42,612 bases of DNA from Nemertoderma westbladi (GCA_032718475.1 JAUCBJ010004072.1:1-42612), one strand, 5' to 3'. Shown: positions 1 through 12,615, counted from the stretch's first letter. Notes: a model not told the origin generated them from the sequence alone. Translations and numbers: made by a program.

Positions 1-60
1 ACCGAAAATTGCATACACTGTTTTGTACAATGACCTGTCAATCAACAATCTAGTTAAAAA

Positions 61-600
61 TTGGGTGTGTGGGATCAGCAATCAGTTGATGTGACTGGCA
101 AGACATTTTATTTCGAAAATCAAATTGCGGCTACAGGACCAATACAAACAATTGTGGTGGGGTGGAGTGAAATTGGTAATAGCTCGAAGGGTAACCTTTA
201 TTTTGTTTCACATTTTGGTGCAATACCGTACCTTGATACATTACGTAATCACATAATACTGCGCAAACGCATCTCACAGATTCGGTGTTCATCTCATCAG
301 TTAGAAGTTGAGCGTGGTCGTTGGTACAATGTAGAACGCTCTAACCGATTTTGTCAAATGTGCAATAACGATAGTATAGAAGATGAGTTTCATTTCCTTT
401 TAGAATGCAGTCAGCGTTTCTCAGAGTTGAGAGTAAAATATCTTGGAAATTACTTCTCAAGGTACCCACCCCCCCCCCCCCCCCACCAAATTAAAATTAT
501 CCGAATTATATGCATGTTTATATAAAGACTCTGCTAAAAAAAATGGTGAATCTAGGCTTATTTATAATTTATGCTTTTTTGAGAAGAAACACTTTATTAA
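61..600 (+). mobile_element. 3' fragment of a CR1/L2-group LINE ORF2 (C-terminal Cys/His motif), degraded
   Basis: Translation RCSSHQLEVERGRWYNVERSNRFCQMCNNDSIEDEFHFLLEC matches the typical C-terminal 'H-L-x-x-E-x-G-R...R-x-C-x-x-C...E-D-E-x-H-F-L-L-x-C' motif of CR1/L2-group ORF2. The frame breaks at a poly-C run near 470-484. Confidence 0.8.
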
Positions 601-1190
601 TTAATTAAGTGCTCGTTATAAATTTCAATTTCTAAATAATCGATATTATTACTATAATAATGGTTGAACGGTTTATTGTTTATATTTGCTCTGCTGGGCC
701 ATTCTGTTATATTATAATCCGGTAATTGTATTTAATAATGTATAAATTCATGTCTAGTCTAATTTAAGTACTGTATACTGGAGTTGTGCAATTTTAAGTA
801 GACCCTTAATTGGGTACAGTTAATTGATTAAATATACTACTTATGACTAATTAAGTTATACTTTGGAGGGGGTTCAATAATTTCGTCTGGAATTGAGTTA
901 CATGGAAGTAAATGGTAATGATCCTAATGGTAGACTCACACCTGGCTGTACTTCCGTAGCTGGAGAAACTAAGAGAGTACCCTCAGATATTACGGTAGTT
1001 CCACTATGAGTCACTATGTCAAACGAGTCACCTGGTTTATCTTCACCTCCATCACAATTTGAATATTTATCAGAAACTGCCGGAAGAGTAAAGCTGAGAC
1101 TGGCGTCTCTTTCAGAGTAAGGTCTTATATCGGCTAACTCCGCGCATTCAAATCCCTTAAAGTTGACCGGCTCAGTCTCAAAACATAAAC

Positions 1191-1424
1191 CTCTTTGATG
1201 CCTTTGTTGGCGTCGAGAACTTATTCACCTTTTTTACATCTGTCGGTAGCACTTTCTGAGGAGTTACTGTAACTCTTTGATGCCTTTGTTGGCGTCGAGA
1301 ACTTATTCACCTTTTATACATCTGTCGGTAGCACTTTCTGTGGAGTTACTGTAACTCTTTGATGCCTTTGTTGGCGTCGAGAACTTATTCACCTTTTATA
1401 CATCTGTCGGTAGCACTTTCTGTG
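1191..1424. repeat. Tandem repeat, 82-bp unit, ~2.9 copies
   Basis: CTCTTTGATGCCTTTGTTGGCGTCGAGAAC... starts at 1191, 1273 and 1355 with near-identical copies. Confidence 0.9.
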
Positions 1425-1580
1425 GTGTTATGTTGGCCAGTTCGATCGCTCTTTTAAGAGTAGAATTTTGAGTAGAGGCAGTATCCCCTTCACCCACATA
1501 AGACAACGCAGTTGACGACAATCGTAGTGTTACGTCACCAATTCTATTTAACAAGTAGGGCGGAAGCAAATCTCTACCTT

Positions 1581-2452
1581 CCTGGTATGTAGTATTATAC
1601 TGCTGTCCTGGTATGTATTACGATACTGCTGTCCTGGTATGTAGTACGATACTGCTGTCCTGGTATGTAGTACGATACTGCTGTCCTGGTATGTAGTATG
1701 ATACTGCTGTCCTGGTATGTAGTATGATACTGCTGTCCTGGTATGTATTACGATACTGCTGTCCTGGTATGTAGTACAATACTGCTGTCCTGGTATGTAG
1801 TACCATAGTGCTGTCCTGGTATGTATTACGATACTGCTGTCCTGGTATGTAGTACGATACTGCTGTCCTGGTATGTAGTACGATACTGCTGTCCTGGTAT
1901 GTAGTATGATACTGCTGTCCTGGTATGTAGTATGATACTGCTGTCCTGGTATGTAGTATTATACTGCTGTCCTGGTATGTATTACGATACTGCTGTCCTG
2001 GTATGTAGTACGATACTGCTGTCCTGGTATGTAGTACCATACTGCTGTCCTGGTATGTATTACGATACTGCTGTCCTGGTATGTAGTACGATACTGCTGT
2101 CCTGGTATGTAGTACGATACTGCTGTCCTGGTATGTAGTATGATACTGCTGTCCTGGTATGTATTACGATACTGCTGTCCTGGTATGTAGTACCATACTG
2201 CTGTCCTGGTATGTAGTACGATACTGCTGTCCTGGTATGTAGTACGATACTGCTGTCCTGGTATGTAGTACCATACTGCTGTCCTGGTATGTAGTACCAT
2301 ACTGCTGTCCTGGTATGTAGTACGATACTGCTGTCCTGGTATGTAGTATGATACTACTGTCCTGGTATGTAGTATGATACTGCTGTCCTGGTATGTAGTA
2401 TGATACTGCTGTCCTGGTATGTATTACGATACTGCTGTCCTGGTATGTAGTA
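1581..2452. repeat. Minisatellite, 26-bp unit (CGATACTGCTGTCCTGGTATGTAGTA), ~33 copies
   Basis: Direct reading; period 26 (e.g. 1621 and 1647). Variation is confined mostly to a few positions. Confidence 0.97.
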
Positions 2453-3094
2453 TTCCAGGTATTGATTTGTAGATTTCAATAGTAGTATTCCAAAAGTAGG
2501 TCGTAAGGCGGAAGCAAATGTATGTTTTAACTTTTTTCTTCCAATTAGATTTATCCCCTTGTCATTTAAGAGTTGCTCCAATTCGTAAGATCCTCAAAGT
2601 TATCCACGATGCTACACAAACTTTCAAACGAGGTTATGCCAATTTCCTCCAAAACCTTGGAATATTCAGTTAATTTGTAATCATTAATAAATATTAAAAA
2701 ATCATAATCCATTTTACAGGCAGACCTAGTTACAGACCTAGCCGGTCGGATTTTGAGAAAAAAATCCGGCCGGATTTAAATTTTTTGGCTGGATTTCCAT
2801 TGGAACGAATTATTGACAAAATTTACAATTAATGTAAATTTTCAAAAAAAAATTCTTTTAAATTCAAACAAATTTAAACATAGGCAAATGCAATGGAATA
2901 CAATACAATGTTTTCATAGTTTGTATCATATTCATTCATATTATGAATATGATAAAATCCAAAGAAGAGCTATAATTTTATAATATAGCAGATGCTTTGA
3001 TTTTCTACAATCTACATGCTGAGCTGACTGACTACTTTTTGCCAATAATATTTGTACTGTATTTGTTTGGGTTCAGCCTCACTAACACTTAATA

Positions 3095-3577
3095 TACTAC
3101 TACTACTAGGTCGAGCGAACTCGGACAGTGGAAATGAGATCCTTCCAGGCTTCCCGATTCTCCATAGTTGTCGCAATTTCGTTTCTCCTAAGTTCAGTAT
3201 CCCTTTCAATTTGATCTATATATGTTATGGCCGGTCGTCCACGACTACGCTTTCCATGAGTTGGTTGCCATAAAAGTAGATCTGGTATGACCTCGTCTTT
3301 ACTTCGCCAGCAGTGCCCACTGAATCTTAATCTGCGTTCACGGAGGGTGGTTGATACAGGTGGTATTGTGCCATAAAGCTCGGCATTTGTCATGTGTTGT
3401 CTCCAGCTGATGTTTAGGGCTGCCCTTAGTAGTCTTGTGTAGCAACCATCAATTCGTTGTTCAAGTGATTTAGTCAGTGTCCAGGTCTCACCCCCATATA
3501 AAAATACACTTTCCACTGTGGCTCGAAAGAACTTAGTCTTCAGGTGCCTGGAGAGATCTGATTTCCAGATGGTATCA
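3095..3577 (-). mobile_element. RTE-clade LINE family A, 5'-truncated 3' fragment with (TAG)n tail
   Basis: ORF ESVFLYGGETWTLTKSLEQRIDGCYTRLLRAALNISW...RLRFSGHCWR...RGRPAITY is the RTE ORF C-terminus. (CTA)n at 3095-3108 is the tail. Closely matches 27920-28416. Confidence 0.92.
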
Positions 3578-3599
3578 TTGATGGCATCAACCTGTTGGT

Positions 3600-3812
3600 T
3601 TATTAGCTCCTGTAAATTAACAGAGTACTGTACTGCCTGTTCAGGGACCTAGATGCAGCCTTAACTGCATTCTTGGCCGCTGTAGTCTGTTTGAGTCGGG
3701 ACTCTTTCTGCGCCTTGTAGAGGTCATTTCGGCACTTCTGAATTTTGGTGTCAGTCCAGGGGGCCCGTTTCCTGTTTCGAAAGTATACAGGAACTGTTTC
3801 TGCAGCTGCTAA
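3600..3812 (-). mobile_element. Probable LINE (RTE-like) fragment from the endonuclease-RT linker
   Basis: Manual translation gives AAAETVPVYFRNRKRAPWTDTKIQKCRNDLYKAQKE, resembling the K/R-x-P-W linker motif of APE-RT LINEs. Confidence 0.45.
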
Positions 3813-6719
3813 CTTTGTGTTGTCTATTGTGTTAGTTTATTGTTTTGGTTCAAATAACGTGCTACAGTGACCTGCTCCTTCCCTAAATTGAGAATTTAAC
3901 ATTGAGGCGGGATATTAATTCGCCAAGATGGGATTTGCGTCCAGTCCCCCCCCCCCCCCCCCCTGTCTCCAAATCAATCCATTACATAAAATATCAAATC
4001 GGCGTAGGTTATGGTGATATCTAAAAAAAACCGGCTTTGGCCGGAATTCCGGCCGGATTTTTTTTTACAAATCCGGCTCCGGCCTGGCCGGTTTGAAAAT
4101 GGTCAATCCAGCACATCCCTATACTATATAATACTATAATACTGTATATTTATTTCATGCAATTAATATTTAATGATGAATTATTAAATAAGGTCAGATT
4201 CTCTGCTACTGCTACATAGACCTGGAGTGAGAATACACTATGGAAATTTAACCGCGGGTGGTCAGAGAGTGAAATATAAATGCAGGGATGAGTTTTCACT
4301 GGAGGGGGTTAAAATACACAAGGGGAAATACAAACCGGGAGTGAGAATACACTAGGGAATTTTAACCGGGGAGTGATTTTAAATGTATGCAGTAAGAGTG
4401 CTTCCCTTCCAGCCTAGAGAGACAGGAGAGAGTCAGTCAAAAACAAATTATTAATAATGCACTTCAGTCAGTCCTGAACGGAAGGCTAGCTACTGGCGCA
4501 ACTAATTCTCAACACATTTACAAATACAACCACCACTATATTTAGTATTACTGTATTATTAAGCACTATATTTATTATTACTGTATTATTAAGTATTAAG
4601 TTTAATTACGTACGTTTAATTACAGTACGGGATTACACTAAGCCTAACGGTTTTGCTTTAACTACTAAACACTTTGACTAACAACCACAAAGGTCCCTTG
4701 TCCCCATGTCCCCATGTCCTATTTTATTGTTTTCATATTAATAACCACAAAGGGGGCTTGCAGACACATCTCTTACTGTTAATAATAATATATAGAGTGT
4801 ATCCACTGCATGAAGCTATATTATGTCTTGGACCAATAAGGGGCCAGGATGGGATGCATTGATTGCCATATGGGAAGGAAGTTTATTGAAGATAAAACAT
4901 AGTGTTAATTTTCTCACAGAACTAGAACGACTAGAACTAGAACTAGAACGAACGACTTAAACGAACCTGCCCCTCAAACCAGTACCGCAGTACCCTGAGT
5001 GAGCAAAAATGGAAACACGAAAATTGCCATCAACCCAACGATAGAAACACCAGCTGCTGGTACTCATGTGGGCCTAGTAAGCTACTACTATTTATTGAAT
5101 GGATAGCCCAAACTGCAGAGAAGTATGAAGGGATCATAGAAGGCTTGGCTTGACCAAGCGATTTAATCCATTAAATTTAACTATAATTATTAATACAGTT
5201 CTGCTCCTATTAGACAGAGGTGATGTTGCTTGTGGCCAGGGTTATCGCCAGGTTCAAAAGACAATGCTTTTTGAACATGGATTGTTCGTTCCTAGACAGC
5301 TGGTTGCTAAATTATTCTATAGGGGCTGTTGCGCTGTCAGTCAGAGAGGTAACAGCCCATGGGGTAAGGATTTACCCATGGGGCGCTAACTATCAGATAG
5401 TCTGATACCAACTGTCAGACAGTCTTTTTCAACTATCAGATAGATGATCGCCCAGTTACAAGTTGCCCGATAGTTGTATTATTTAAACCCCGAGTGTTGT
5501 TGACGGAATCTGTTACTTCCGAAATCGTTGATCGTGGTGCCGGTGCCGGAATTCTGGCTTTGATTAAAAACACTGAACTGCTGAACGATGATGGCGGAAT
5601 CTACGAAACCCGGCCGGATTCCTAATCCGAGGAGGCGACAGAGTCAATTACGCGTAAACAATGAAACGATCGCGATGGACAATGGAGTCTATTCAATGTA
5701 TCCAGAACGATACGATGGCGACGTAGTCTATTACAGTATTAAACACGCAACCAAAGCGATCAGACGATGGCGAAGTAATCTACAAAACAGAGAACGACAG
5801 GAAGGCGATGGAGTTTATTAAACCCAGTACGATGGTGCATAGCGAAGCGATCGAGACGGATAACGGAGTCTATTACAGTATTAAACCTGGATCGAAGATG
5901 GTGGCATCTATAGGCCTAAACCTGAAACAATGCGAACAAGGCTACTGTAAAGTTAGACTAGACTGGTTTGTGAGATTAACTTGCCAATACTAACTCAATA
6001 CAATTTGCTTTCTTCGAATTCCTAATAATATATTTTAATCTTAATAATAATTATTCAACATCAATTATTTTATAAGTCTTGTCAATGTATAAGATTGCTA
6101 AAGACTAAAGAGCTAACTTAAGCATAATCTGCCTTATATTTTTAGAATTATTATAATTAATTTTGTTATGTTTATAATGAATTGTATCTTTTGACAGACT
6201 ACTTAATGCGCGACCGTGATAATAAAATTAAATGGTGCCGAAATATTTTCACTTAACTGCAGGGGTAGGGGGGGGGGGGGGGGGGGGGGGCGCAATCAAT
6301 ATTCTTCCCTCTCCAGGTGAAAATCGACGCAAATAACAGCTTGTTTACTACTAAAATATTACATGTTTACCAAGTTTGGTATAGATTGAATGAGTTACGA
6401 TTTTAAATTATCAGTGGAGGGTGAAGGCGGTGGGCCAGGATTCAGTTATACTTGAATAAAGAATAGTGATTAAACCAAGGGATACGCGATATATGACACT
6501 GCTGTATAAGTTCATTGAATGACTGTTGATTTCGAAACATTTAATTCAAAACTATATTAATGTTAATATAATGTTGGATTTTTTTTTTGTAATAATAATT
6601 GACAGATGAATTATATTTCATTAATTTATTTTTTTATCTAATCACATTATTAAATAACGAAGCACAGAAATAATTATAAGATTGAATATTGAATTGAAGG
6701 TACAGTACCGAATTGAGTA

Positions 6720-6985
6720 TTTGAATGGCAATGAAAATCTTTTAGGCTCGTTAAGCCAAGGAATGCCTGTTCACCACCATGGGTGATCTTCCACAGTAAA
6801 CCCTTCCACTCTGTTTCCCAAGTAGCCTTGGTTCCCAATCGACCACCTGAAGGATGAAAGCCGGGGTTGGGCTAGGCTGCAGCATTTAAAGCACTGTGCC
6901 CAAACATTACTGCCCCATCTAGGGATCGAACATTGAATATTTGAGATTGCATAAGATAGAGTATTGAATATCTTCGGCCGTCATC
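6720..6985 (-). mobile_element. Possible tRNA-derived SINE, degraded
   Basis: Pol III B-box GTTCGATCC on the minus strand (6923-6931), a weak A-box upstream, and a downstream CCCAACCCCGGCTTTCATCCTTCAGGTGGTCGAT segment resembling a common SINE body motif. Confidence 0.4.
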
Positions 6986-7084
6986 CCGTTGGTGACTCCA
7001 TTGGCAACCATTTCCGATTTCGACAGTTTCGATTGGTTTCGGCTCTTCGGTGCCCGAATAGACCGATGGTCGGCGTGGTTGCTG

Positions 7085-7400
7085 TCCCCATGACTGCTGG
7101 ACTGAGGCTGCAATACCAACCAAAATTGCCATCTCCAGGCGCTGGAGCAGAAACTGGTGTGACCGCGGTTCGTGGGTGGCACTGTGGAGACGAGCCCCGA
7201 TCTCCCGGAGGAAGGTGTGATGTCTCTGGACCAGGGCGGCCAAAGGCCTCAAAGGCCACGGGGTGAAAGAAATAGCCTGGTCCATTCTGTCCATTGTCGC
7301 GATACTTAGAGTTTTTAATGCCCTCCGCCCCCTCAGCTGAGTGCCCCCCAGCAATGACTGAATGATGGTTTGTTGAAGGTGGCTGGGAGCCAGTGGATAT
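7085..7400 (-). mobile_element. CRE-clade-like retrotransposon fragment (restriction-like endonuclease C-terminus), frameshifted
   Basis: Joining two frames gives AEGAEGIKNSKY...YFFHPVAFEAFGRPGPE...FLREIGARLHSATHEPRSHQFLLQRLEMAILVGIAASV, matching the RLE tail pattern AE-x-x-K-x-x-KY...F-x-P-x-A-x-E-x-x-G...FL-x-QR...G-x-AASV. Confidence 0.7.
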
Positions 7401-7969
7401 AGTAATAATTAACGCAAAGATATGATTAGGTAGGCCTACGTGATATTAGTTTCTCAAACCAAACCTAACCTATCCATCCATTGACGTCCAAATATATCCA
7501 ATTTCTCGCATTTTACAGATGGATGGTGGTCTAATTTATATGGTCTTGTACCGCGAAACCGTGTATTATTTACAGATGTAGGCTAAATTTCGGGTCTTGT
7601 ACCATGCACAGTACTGGTGGGCCTACACAGCTACTGCTATTTTGCCTAATACAGGTCCCAGAGGTAAATCCTTACCCCACCGGCTGTTACCTCTCTGACT
7701 GACAGCGCAACAGCCCTCTCTCAAATTATTGGCTATATTAGAACCAGACATGGTAAAGAGACGTTTGGGCCGTAAAGTTGTTCGGCGATCTTATTTATCA
7801 GGGTCCCCATTACCTCTGCCATATTGATGGGTGGAACAAACTGAAGCTATTTGGATTGGTAGTACATTACTGGTATTGGTATACTAATATTGGTATTTGG
7901 ATTTGAATGTATTTGTTTTTGTGAACGACACGCTTGAAACGCTTAATTTAAATTTGGCACTGTCCGGAA

Positions 7970-8901
7970 ATGGGAACATGTAAACACTGCGGATCTTTCC
8001 AAATCCGCCTTAAACCCGGCGGAATTTGCGATGGATGCTCCAATGGAACTAGTGGTAGTAGTAACATCAGACTGCCGTCGCTTAGTTCACAACCTCATAC
8101 GGATCCACCGATCACTTCCGATCCGAGCTTGCCATACCTGCAGTCTAGTTGCCCTGTTTCCTCCGCTATGAACGGTTCCAGCAATTACTGGCATCCACAA
8201 ACGCCTCAGCCTCATGTGCCTCCTAGCGGACCGGCTGCTCAACAGCAACACCAACAGCAAGATATGCCACAGGAAAATGCCCCTCTAACTTCTCTATATG
8301 TTTCCGACCACCGCCTAATCATTGAAGATGTTGTTAACAGGAAGACGGAGGTACTCCACCAGCGCATTAATGCCCTGGAGACTGAAAACCTCATGCTACG
8401 TGATACTGTTAGCAATGTTCTTAGCTATGCCGAATCTATCGATCGTAATGCTCGCTCAAATAACTTGATCTGCATAGGCGTATCTGAAGGTAACTTTGCC
8501 GGGAAAACAAACGATGAAGATAAATGTGAAGAAATTTTTAAGAAAATTGGTGTTAATGTGTCTACTGAGGGCTTCTCTGTAAAACGTTTAGGGCTAACCC
8601 CCCAGCCGATACCAACCGTTCCCGCCCACTTTTAATTACGCTTAATAATTCCGCACCAGCACGCCGTGTCTTCCTTACTTCCGCTAAGAATCTTAAACAA
8701 TCCGACGAACCCTTCAACAAGATATACCTAAAGCCAGACACCCATCCCAGCATATACCGAGAGCTGGGTCGCCTCCAAAGAGTAGAGAGAGACGAGAAGG
8801 CCAAAGCAGAAAATGTTGGCGCTAACATAGTCTTTGACCGGAAGTTCCGCACCGTAACTCGGAACGGTACCGTTATAGACAAGTTCAACCCACTTTTTTA
8901 G
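7970..8901 (+). pseudogene. LINE ORF1 (N-terminal CxxC...CxxC, coiled coil, RRM-like domain), one frameshift near 8592
   Basis: MGTCKHCG...ICDGC; RINALETENLMLRD coiled coil; RSNNLICIGVSE; KRLG then shifts to RSRPLLITL...KIYLKPDTHP...VIDKFNPLF* with TAG at 8899-8901. Confidence 0.8.
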
Positions 8902-11900
8902 GTCGCCACAGGATCCCCATTAGTCCGATAAATTGGAACTGCGGCGGTTTAGCCGAGAAATACTTACTCAAAAACGTTAATAACTTGTTTATACAGTACG
9001 ATTTAATTTTACTACAAGAAGTTAAATACTCATATTCATATACTGTTCCTGGATTTGATGTGCTATATTGTCCTAGTGAACATTCTCATTGCGGCGGTGT
9101 AGCCGTCCTTATTAATAAGGGTTCACATTTTACTATATCATGGTCTAATTTTACCACTTCTGATATTTTTTGGTTCACCCTAGAACAGCTACCTTGTATT
9201 GTCTTTGTTTGTGCTTATATAACCCCCCTCGACTCACGTTACTATAATCCTGCGTCATGGGCAGAACTTCAAAGTATCTCTATGGATTTGCCCCCGCACC
9301 GTAGTATCGTGATTTTAGGAGATTTAAATTCCCGTGTTGGTCATTTATTAATTACTAAAACATCCGATCTGTGCATTAATACTGAACCCATCGACCTCGT
9401 GGTAAACCAACACGGCAGACGTCTAACCCAATTCCTGGCAGATTCTAATCTATTTAACGTAAGCCACAGCATCATTAATAACCGCAAATGTGGTGGTAGC
9501 CTAACATTTAAAAGCAAAGGGAAACTTATCTCTGAGATTGACCATGCGATCGTGTCACCCAATATCGCTTCCAATATACTAGATTTTGGTGTATGTTACG
9601 AAAATCTACCCTCAGATCACTGTCAAATATTTCTATGTTTGAGTCTAAAACAACAAAACCCAGTAAGTTACCTCCTGCACCGTTCATGCTTACTAGGTGA
9701 TTATAGCAGTTTAGAACGTACTCCCCCCCCCCCCGCACTGTGACATATCTAGACCCATAAAAATGCAGCCATCGGCTGGAGCGAGATTCGAATCCCTCCT
9801 GGAATCCACCCCATTGCCTGCTGATGCACTTACATATCATCTAGACGCTCCCGAGTCCGCTAAGATTTTTATAGAGACAGTATACAAGACCGCAAAATTT
9901 GTAAAAACAAAACATTTAAAAAACCTGGCCTCCCGCACCTTACTGAGTAATATACCAGATGCAGCCATGTGGGACATTCTTCTCAATTCCGGTGATAGCA
10001 GTGCCATCTGGCGTCGCATTAACTGGCGTGGTAGTCTCGACCCTGCACCTAGCGCCGCAAACGCTGATACGCCTAGTGAAGAAGATTTCACCCAACATTA
10101 CAGTTCACTCTTAGACCCATTTCACGGAAATGACCCCCTTATCGAGGAGATCCCAACCAATGATTGTCCTTTTATTCCTGTTCTAGATTCCCCATTCACG
10201 GCTGAAGAAGTGCACAAAGGGTTAGAAAATCTTAAACCCAACAAGGCAGCAGGCCCCGATGGAGTTTCCCCCAGAATCTTGAAATTCCTCCCAGTTAACT
10301 GGTTCTGCTTCCTTGTATTTCTACTAAATTCAATATTCCTGGGTGGTGACTTCCCTGTTCCGTGGGGCATTAGCCGGTTAGTATCTGTGTTTAAGCGCGG
10401 GTTCCGGTCGTTATGCTCAAACTACAGAGGTATTTCGATTATAAACGCGATCACGAAGTTGTACGACTCACTACTGTGTCTTCGATTGTGTAAGTGGGCC
10501 AGACCCGACGCGGAGCAAGCTGGTGCTCAGCCACAGAGGTCGTATAACAAACATATCCTTACATTAAACCTACTTATAGACTATGCAAGGAAAAATAAGC
10601 AAAAGTTGTTCCTCATATTTGTAGACTTTTCAACCGCTTACAATAGCATTAATCGCTTGAAGCTCTTCGAGCTATTGAAGTTGATGGGTTGTGGAGGCAT
10701 CATGCTCCGGGCTCTTATAGCACTCTACGGCTGCACTATATGCAAAATTGGGAATAGTTGCGTATTTGTAACCTACCGCAGTGTCCTCCAGGGGGCGCCT
10801 GGAAGTTATCCGTTATTCACCCTCTACATAAATCCCTTATTACGCCGCCTAAAGCTGTGCCTTGATGACAGCTTCCTGAAGACCCTTCACGCTTTGCTTC
10901 TAATGGACGATTTAGTAATACTCGCAACCTCTCGAAACCGCTGCTACGAGAAACTAGAAATCCTAAATGATTTTTGCATCGATTTCGATATGAAAATCAA
11001 TGAAAAAAAAACGAAATTTATAGTTATTAACGGCAACACACCCGACAAATCCGCACGACTGATGCTAGACTATTTGTCAAAAACTGTGAGAGTTACGTTT
11101 ACCTCGGATACCCCGTGTGCCAATCCGGCGGGGTGAAACAATTGTGTCAAACAGCACGCAAAAGATAAGGAGAAACAAGTAGCGAAATTTCATGCATTCT
11201 TAGGAAAGCACACAGACAGCCCGATACAACTTAAGATGAAAGTATTCCATGCCGCTGTTTTGTCATCCATAATGTACAGTTGTGAGACTTGGATCGGTGC
11301 CAATATCACCCCCATCGCAAAACAGTATTTCTGTCTACTGAAGTCAGCCATCGGAGTCAGACAGCAGACATGTCACAACATCCTGCTTATTGAAACCGGC
11401 CTCTTATCTCCCGAAGATTTAGTCGCGAGCAAACAACAGAAGTTCCTTCGCTCTATAATGACTCAACCCGATATCAACGCACCTCTAGTGCTCGCTATCA
11501 ACCTGGCAAGAGATTCTGGAACCCCAATGGGGCGCGAGCTAGTCAAATTATTAAATCACACCCTGACAACAGACCGGAACAGACTCCTCTCAAAGGTGAT
11601 TTCCAACACCGAATCCACACGAAGGCAGGTCTACAAGGAGATCAACCCCAGCCTGAATACATCAAATATATATACTCAGCTAATTATGCCACGATTCATA
11701 AGCAGCACCAAAGGAAGGCGTGGACTCGCTTCCGTCTCATGGCCACTCACCTAGCTGTTGAGACCGGAAGATGGTCGAGAATTCCTCCCGAACGTCGTAT
11801 TTGTAACTGCGGTGTGGTACAAACCGAAGCCCATGTAGTGACAATATGTCACTTGCTTACCCCATTACAAAACTCATTCACTCACCTAGATTACACTTGA

Positions 11901-11981
11901 TTAGGCAGTTTCTTCGAATCGAATGACCGCGAATCTTCATCGGCCTTCTGCTACGAAGCCCTTCATGAACTAGAGCCTTAG
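8901..11981 (+). pseudogene. LINE ORF2: APE endonuclease plus reverse transcriptase, several frameshifts
   Basis: APE motifs NWNCGG, LILLQEV, GGVAVLI, ILGDLNSRVG, IDH, SDH. RT motifs KAAGPDG, NYRGIS, FVDFSTAYNSI, QGAPGSYPLF, LLMDD. C-terminal HLAVETGRWSRIPPERRICNCG. Breaks at poly-C 9723-9734, ~11055 and ~11690. Confidence 0.9.
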
Positions 11982-12369
11982 TAATTCACCATACCTATGA
12001 CACGTGCCTATTATCGGCACTAAAATTTTATCACTATAGACCTAACCATATTTACCTATGATTGTGTTTATTACACACGTACGTATTTATTTATTTAATA
12101 CTTTTATCTATTGTACCTGCTGTACTAGTCATATCATTTGTGTCTCCATGCATAATTTATTATTACTGTATTACTTAACACGTTATTTCGAAATCGCTCC
12201 CGGCTTATGAATTTTTGTTATTGCTAGATATTTTTGACACTACTGTAACTCGTTATTTCGTAATCGCTTGCTTACTGATTTTCGTTAGTGCTAAATTGTA
12301 TATGATACTACTGTTACACAGTATTTCTAATAGGTTATTTTGTCGTTCCACCAACTTATTGATTTGTGA

Positions 12370-12615
12370 TATCGCTAATTATTGTATTTGACACTACACC
12401 GTACAGTAATACGTTATTTTTGTACTCATTCCCGGCTTATTGATATTTGCTTATTGATATTTGTTCTCGCTAATTATTGTATTTGACACTACACCGTACA
12501 GTAATACGTTATTTTTGTACTCATTCCCGGCTTATTGATATTTGTTCTCGCTATTTATTGTATTTGACACTCTACTGTATAATACGTCATTTTGTACTCG
12601 TTCCCGGCTTAATTG
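12370..12615. repeat. Imperfect tandem triplication (~80-96 bp) within the LINE 3' UTR
   Basis: CGCTAATTATTGTATTTGACACTACACCGTACAGTAATACG...CCCGGCTTA recurs three times. Confidence 0.8.

Larger units (their letters stand above)
2740..4121. mobile_element. Remnant of a non-autonomous DNA transposon (hAT-like TAGGGATG terminus) with nested RTE fragments
   Basis: Clusters of CCGG/ATCCGG subterminal motifs at ~2740-2800 and ~4030-4095. The right end CATCCCTA (4114-4121) is the reverse complement of TAGGGATG. No matching left terminus was found. Confidence 0.45.
5323..7716. repeat. ~60-bp inverted repeat pair (5323-5382 and 7657-7716); possible TIRs of a non-autonomous element
   Basis: GGGCTGTTGCGCTGTCAGTCAGAGAGGTAACAGCC..TGGGGTAAGGATTTACC at 5323 recurs as its reverse complement ending at 7716 with few mismatches. 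Confidence 0.7.

Noticed and set aside
1618-2581. ORFs across the 26-bp minisatellite
   Set aside because: Translations of a non-triplet tandem repeat.
5588-5993. Short ORFs with repeated GVYYSIK-like peptides
   Set aside because: Explained by imperfect non-coding direct repeats; the frames are inconsistent.
6265-6290. Poly-G tract (also poly-C at ~470, ~3946 and ~9723)
   Set aside because: Simple homopolymers with uncertain length; no supporting structure.
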